Source: an uncultured archaeon (lineage in GTDB: Archaea; Thermoproteota; Nitrososphaeria; Nitrososphaerales; Gagatemarchaeaceae). From it: a stretch of DNA of 64,000 nt. The notes under the pieces were generated by a model. That model was not told the DNA's origin. It saw nothing but the letters and a program-made list of their open reading frames with translations, and ran no database searches. Location of the stretch: assembly GCA_963799775.1 (NCBI GenBank), contig CAWCYD010000003.1:1184001-1248000 (forward strand), written 5' to 3'. Both the position numbers and the translations under genes were made by a program. The first letter of the stretch is position 1. Every line of letters begins with the position of its first letter. Shown one piece after another: positions 58,850 through 64,000 of the stretch.

Positions 58850-60068
58850 GTGGACATGTGGTCGGAGAGATACAGGCCCAAGAAGACGAGCCAGATGATA
58901 GGGAACGAGGAGACGAGGCTGGCGCTCTCCCTCTGGCTGGGAAAGTGGAAGCCCGGGACCAAGGTGGCCCTTCTCGTCGGGCCACCAGGGACGGGGAAGA
59001 CGACGTTCGTCACCCTCCTCGCTAAGGAGAACGGGATGAACCTCGTCGACCTGAACGCGAGCGACGTCAGGACGAAGGAGAAGCTCCGCAACAAGATGGG
59101 CGAGGCGATGCACACGGTCAGCCTGTTCGGGGAGAGGGCGCTCATATTCCTCGACGAGGTCGACGGGCTCGCAGGAAGGGCGGACATCGGGGCCGTCGAG
59201 TTCATCAAAGAGTCCGTCAAGGAGAGCCAGAACCCCATCGTGATGGCGGCGAACGACCCCGACTCGGACGAGATCAAGAAGCTCGCCAGCTCGTGCGTCG
59301 TCTTCAGGTTCAGGCCACCTCCTCCGAGGGAGGTGGAGATGTATCTCAGACAGGTGGTGCGGGGCGAGGAGCTCGACGTGAGCGAAGATGAGCTTCGGGG
59401 TTACGTGACTCTCGCGGCCGGGGACGTCAGGAACGCGATCAACCTGCTGCAGAGCAGGGCCAAGGTCTCCCTCGAGGGAGACAGGCAGGGCCACTACAAG
59501 GACACGGACAGCACCGAGAGCGAGGCCTTCAACGGTTTCTTCGCTGCCGATGACAAGAGACAGGCGGAGGCCGCGCTGAGGGCACTGTCCATGTCCTCCT
59601 TCGAGAAGATCAGGGAGATACACAGGTGCATCGTAAAGTCGAGCCTCCCCGTGGAGTCCAAGGCGAAGGCGCTCGAGGCGGTCTCGAGGGCGGACCTCAT
59701 CGTCGGGAGGATGATGAAGGCCGGCGACTGGAGGCTCCTCCGCTATCTCGACAGGCTCTTCGTGGAGGAGCTGTTCCCCGTCGTGAAGGGGATGGGTGTC
59801 AGGTACACGGGGCAGGACGACCTGCCGTTCCCAGTCCTCGTCCGCGTCTGGAACGACTCTAGGAAGATAACCGAGCTCTCTCTGAGATACGCGGCGAAGG
59901 CGGGGACGAGCGGGAGGAGCGCGAGGACCCATGGACCTGCCCTACCTCTTCTCCCTCTGCTCCAGGAAGGCGTTCCGGGAGGAGCTCGAGCACGCGCTCG
60001 GGCTCGACGTTGACAAGGACGTGCTGGAATCGTATGACAGGTTCCTCACGAAGGAGGCCGCGAGGTAG
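58850..60068 (+). CDS. rfcL: Replication factor C large subunit (frameshift near 59930)
   Basis: WSERYRPK, GPPGTGKTT, LNASDVR, LDEVDG, GDVRNAINLLQ. Confidence 0.88.
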
Positions 60069-60070
60069 GG

Positions 60071-60427
60071 ATGCCTGCGAAGAAGATCGTCATGGGAGGC
60101 TGGTTCGACCTCCCCAGGGTGGGTAGGGACGTCTTCGCCATCTTGATGAAGCAGGGCGTCGTCTACGACAAGTCGATGGGGTTCAAGCTGGATGCGGGGA
60201 CCGACCTGCAGGCCGCCGTGAGGACGATCGGCGCCGCGACAGGCGGGGAGGTGGAGCTTGTGCTCCGATGCTTCATCGATGGGAGGGAAGCTTGCCCCGG
60301 GTGCCCATACCTATCCTCGTGCGACAGGACCAGCGTCTCGACGCTCTGCCTCTGCGGAGAGCATGCCGCAGAAAGAACTGTCTTCGAGACCTACGCGAAG
60401 ACCTTCGAAGTCCATCTCAAAGCGTGA
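60071..60427 (+). CDS. Cys-rich hypothetical protein
   Basis: LRC...CPGC...C...CLC cluster. Confidence 0.7.
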   Translation: MPAKKIVMGGWFDLPRVGRDVFAILMKQGVVYDKSMGFKLDAGTDLQAAVRTIGAATGGEVELVLRCFIDGREACPGCPYLSSCDRTSVSTLCLCGEHAAERTVFETYAKTFEVHLKA

Positions 60428-60447
60428 CTCAAAGGTCGCGCTGTCAG

Positions 60448-60816
60448 TTAGCTGAACGCCCTTACCACTGCCTGACCCGAGGAGATGGACCTCCACTCTG
60501 AGAGGAAGCGGCCGACGGCGTTCGTGTACGGGTTCGAGTGGTTGACCCTGAATATCCTTATCCTGTTGAACCTCTTCTCGGTGAGGAGGCCGAGCTTCAC
60601 TAGGAGCTCCAGGTGGACCTCCACGGACGAGTGCGATATCCCGGACCTGCGCGTTATCTCGGAGATGTTGAGCTCGTTGCTCTCCATCATTATGCCCATT
60701 ATCTTCACCCTCCCATACGAGGAGAAGAGCTCCTCGACCTGAAGCGCCTGCTTGCCGCTAGGTTGGCGCGCGGCGGCCTTTCTTGCTGTCGCTATCGTGC
60801 ATATGTCGCCTCTCAC
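60448..60816 (-). CDS. ArsR-like wHTH protein
   Basis: FSSYGRVKI, LNISEITRR, HLELL..G. Confidence 0.78.
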   Translation of the reverse strand: MRGDICTIATARKAAARQPSGKQALQVEELFSSYGRVKIMGIMMESNELNISEITRRSGISHSSVEVHLELLVKLGLLTEKRFNRIRIFRVNHSNPYTNAVGRFLSEWRSISSGQAVVRAFS

Positions 60817-61970
60817 GCCTCTTTGTGCAGCTCTTCGATGAGCTGCTCTGCCGAGACCCTCGAGAGGCCTATCATCGTGGTCCTCCCCCGGAACCCCTTT
60901 CCGGAGAGCTGCGTCTCGATTATCCCCTTCCTCGCCAGCTCGTTGATGTCGTTCCAGACCTGGGTGTGGTGGTTCGGAGAAATCCCCTCCGACTCGCAGA
61001 GGGCGTTGTAGTTCTTCTCCACCTCCCCTATCGTCGTGAAAGCGGCGTCGCTGTTCTTGAGCATCCCGGAGATGGCCCTGAGCATGACGCGCTGGTGCTT
61101 GTCCAGGTAGACCAGCTCTTCCTTCGTGAACTGGGGCGGGAGCGAGGTCTTGGCGCGCCTCACGTGCTCAGGCGTCACCTTGTCTGCTTCGGCCATCTGC
61201 GCGAGCTTGCCTGCCCTGTAGAGCAGCTCGATCGCGTACCGTGCGTCGCCGTATATGCTCGCGAGCTCGGCGGCCATCTGGAGCGACCCGTCGTCGACCG
61301 TCCCCTCGCGGAACGCCTGCTGGCTCCTAGAGAGGAGTATGTCGTAGAGCTGCTCTGCCGAGTACGGCTCGAGGGATATCGAGTTCCACTGCAGCGAGCT
61401 GAGCGTGCTCAGGTCGACCATCTTCACGTAGTCTAGCGTCTTCGAGATGAGGAGGGAGGAGAAGGACTGGGCCTCTTGCGAGAGCTCCCTGATCCTCGTT
61501 ATCGTGTATAGAGAGGAGGGGTCCGACTCCACAAGGGAGTCCACCTCGTCGAAGGCCACCAGCATGTGCACCCTGTCCCTCCTCAGCTCCTCGAACAGGG
61601 CCTGTAGCAGCTCCTCGAAACTGAGCCCTCTCGAGGGATAGACGTGCCCGAGGGTCCGGAGCGCCTTGTTGAATATCGCGACCAGCGACCTGTCGATCCG
61701 GCAGTTGACGTGGAGGAACTTGACCCGGTTGCCGTAGGCCGTCGCCTTCTTCTCCAGCGACAGGCCCAGCTTCTTCGCGAGCATCGTCTTCCCTGACCCC
61801 ACGGGGCCGTAGAGCAGCACGTTCTGACTGACGCTCTGGGAGCGCTCCGCGACGCCCTGGAAGTAGGCTTCTAGCTCCCTCATCTGGACGCCCCTGTGCG
61901 GCGTCGTCGCGGGGACGTATTCGGGGACGAGCACGCTCTCGTTCTTGAAGAGAGGGTTGTGGAAGCTCAT
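60813..61970 (-). CDS. cdc6: Orc1/Cdc6 replication initiator
   Basis: EYVP...HR, GPVGSGKT, HVNC, DEVD, PYSAEQL, GDARYAI, GFRGRT wing. Confidence 0.94.
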   Translation of the reverse strand: MSFHNPLFKNESVLVPEYVPATTPHRGVQMRELEAYFQGVAERSQSVSQNVLLYGPVGSGKTMLAKKLGLSLEKKATAYGNRVKFLHVNCRIDRSLVAIFNKALRTLGHVYPSRGLSFEELLQALFEELRRDRVHMLVAFDEVDSLVESDPSSLYTITRIRELSQEAQSFSSLLISKTLDYVKMVDLSTLSSLQWNSISLEPYSAEQLYDILLSRSQQAFREGTVDDGSLQMAAELASIYGDARYAIELLYRAGKLAQMAEADKVTPEHVRRAKTSLPPQFTKEELVYLDKHQRVMLRAISGMLKNSDAAFTTIGEVEKNYNALCESEGISPNHHTQVWNDINELARKGIIETQLSGKGFRGRTTMIGLSRVSAEQLIEELHKEA

Positions 61971-62132
61971 CGCAGAAGAAATTTTTGGGCGCCGTTGTAT
62001 ATAATCGTGATTAGGAGAGTAGAGTGAAAGTATTCAGCCAGTGAGCGTTCTTAAGAGGAAACGGATGGGCTGAGACGTCCCGCCCTGCCTTGATGTTCCC
62101 CACCCCCTCGCAATATACGGAGAGGTTCCTCC

Positions 62133-62657
62133 ATGCGGGTCACCTACTCGTTGATGGCCGCGAACGTGGCCGTCTACGTCGTGCTCCAGATCGGGGGGAC
62201 GCCGCTCTACGACGCGCTGGCCCAGACAGGCTCGGGCGTCTTCGGGGGCCAGTACTGGCAGCTCTTCACCGCGCTCTTCGTCCACTTCGACATCTTCCAC
62301 ATCGGGTTCAACATGATCGCTCTCTACTACTTTGGGAGGCTGAACGAGATCTCGTACTCGGAAGGCGAGTATCTGGCCATCTACTTCGGGGCGGGGCTCC
62401 TGGGGAACGCGGTCTCGCTCTTCCTCATCCCGCTCGACGTCCAGACCGGCGGGGCGTCGGGGGCGATCTTCGGGCTGATAGGCTCCTACGCCGCTAGGAA
62501 CCACAACCTTGCGAACATAGCGCTCGCGCTCGTCTACGCGGTCTTTATCCTGATTGCGAGCGCTGGGCCGGGGGTCAACGACTTCGCCCACATCTTCGGG
62601 GTCGTCGGGGGGTTCGCGCTCGGCCTCCTCTTCACGCGGATGCGCCCGCCCGAATGA
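62133..62657 (+). CDS. Rhomboid intramembrane serine protease
   Basis: FVH...HIGFNM, GASG, AHIFG. Confidence 0.9.
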   Translation: MRVTYSLMAANVAVYVVLQIGGTPLYDALAQTGSGVFGGQYWQLFTALFVHFDIFHIGFNMIALYYFGRLNEISYSEGEYLAIYFGAGLLGNAVSLFLIPLDVQTGGASGAIFGLIGSYAARNHNLANIALALVYAVFILIASAGPGVNDFAHIFGVVGGFALGLLFTRMRPPE

Positions 62658-62715
62658 GGCATGAAAAGGAAGGATGGCCCGTTTAAGGGAGGGCTCTGCC
62701 AGGGGAGGGGAGAAG

Positions 62716-63748
62716 TTGAAAGCGGTAAGGTTCCACGAGCACGGAGGTCCGGAGGTCCTCCGATACGAGGACGCCCCCGACCCCGTCCGCAGCGGCTCCG
62801 ATCAGGCCCTGGTCAGGGTGAAGGCATGCGCGCTCAACCACCTGGACATATGGGGGCGGATGGGCCCGCCCTACTCCAAGCCTCCTCTCCCCCACATCCC
62901 AGGGTGCGACATCGCAGGGGTGGTCGAGGAGGTGCCCTCCTGAGGAGGGGGAGTTCCAGGAGGGGACGGAGGTGATGGTGAGCCCCGGGGTCGGCTGCGG
63001 GAGGTGCGAGAGATGCCTCAGCGGCGCTGACAACCAGTGCCGGCGCTATTCGATCATCGGGAACGAGATCGACGGAGGATATGCGGAGCTCGTCCTCGTC
63101 CCGAGGAGGAACCTGATCCCAAAGCCGGAGAGGATGGACTTTGTCCAGGCCGCGTCCGTGCCTCTCTCGTTCCTCACCGCGTACCACATGCTAGTCACGA
63201 AGGCCAAGCTCCAGGCAGGGGAGACGGTCCTCGTCCTGGGGGCAGGGTCGGGAGTCGGGATAGCCGCGATCCAGATAGCAAAGGCGTACAACGCGAACGT
63301 CGTCGCGACCGCGGGGACCGACGCGAAGCTGCGCAAATCGCTGGAACTCGGTGCGGACTACACGATCAACCACAAGTCGAAGAAGGTCTCCGAGGAGGCG
63401 AGGAAGTACACGGAAGGCCGCGGGGTCGACGTGGTCGTGGAGCACCCGGGCAAGGCCACGTGGGACGAGAGCCTGAGGTCGGTCGCCAAGGGCGGGAGGA
63501 TAGTCACTTGTGGTGCGACGACGGGCTACGATGCGGTCACTGACATCAGGTACGTCTTCGTCAAGGAGATCTCGATTTTCGGGAGCTACATGGGAGGGAG
63601 CGGAGAGCTGCTTCGGGTCCTCGAGCTCTTCAAGCAGAGGAGGCTGCGTCCTGTCGTCGACATCTCGATGCCGCTCAGCAACGCCAAGGAGGCTCAGATC
63701 AGGATGGAGAAGAGCGAGCACTTTGGGAAGATAGTGCTCACGCCCTGA
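62716..63748 (+). CDS. Zinc-binding alcohol dehydrogenase family (frameshift near 62940)
   Basis: ALNHLD, PHIPGCD, CGRCERC...C, GAGSGVG, GKIVL. Confidence 0.88.
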
Positions 63749-64000
63749 GCGAAGGCGTTATCTCGTAGTCGTACGAGATCTTCACCTTTTCACTGAGGGT
63801 AGACGCCACGCTGCAGAACTTTGTCACGCTGTCCGAGACCGCCTCCTTGACATGCTTGTCCTCGACCTTCCCGGATACGCGGAACCTGAGGTGGATCTCG
63901 GTGAACGGTTTTGTCCGACCGAACTGAGGCCGCTTGCCAGAGACCTCGACGGAGAGCGAATCGACCCTTTGTTTCCTCTTCTGGAGTATGGCTGCGACGT
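63738..64000 (-). CDS. OsmC family protein (5'-partial)
   Basis: Manual translation VAAILQKRKQRV...FTEIHLRF...KFCSVASTL. Confidence 0.8.
   Translation of the reverse strand, partial: VAAILQKRKQRVDSLSVEVSGKRPQFGRTKPFTEIHLRFRVSGKVEDKHVKEAVSDSVTKFCSVASTLSEKVKISYDYEITPSLRA

Overview
High-GC archaeal chromosome segment (GINS-MCM, RFC, Hel308, Cdc6/Orc1, DGGGP synthase, tRNA-splicing endonuclease; a Nitrososphaerota-like lineage is inferred, not proven). Many single-base frameshifts, even in essential genes, point to long-read assembly errors. Housekeeping blocks (1-20.7 kb: carB, hisS, rfcS, gins, intein-containing mcm, hel308, trxB; 55.8-64 kb: mtnA, endA, DGGGPS, rfcL, cdc6) flank a ~35 kb accessory region ending at a minus-strand tRNA-Arg(TCG) gene (55724-55798). 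Main observation: about 15 same-orientation copies of the tRNA-Arg 3' end (TGGCGGGCCCGGCAGG) cut the region into mostly 0.4-2.3 kb units of one to three genes (Rieske protein, FtsZ, ACT protein, VapBC, DCC1, His-phosphatase, glycoside hydrolase-like, PEF-CTERM adhesin, AbiE-like pair). Recurring, partly palindromic 'arm' sequences abut these repeats, and no integrase is visible in the window. This looks like a tRNA-anchored, integron-like cassette array. The largest unit (~22-42.6 kb) carries a general-stress-like gene set sharing a 23-bp phased operator motif, two ribbon-helix-helix regulators, a KaiC/GvpD-like ATPase and an archaeosortase with PEF-CTERM substrates.
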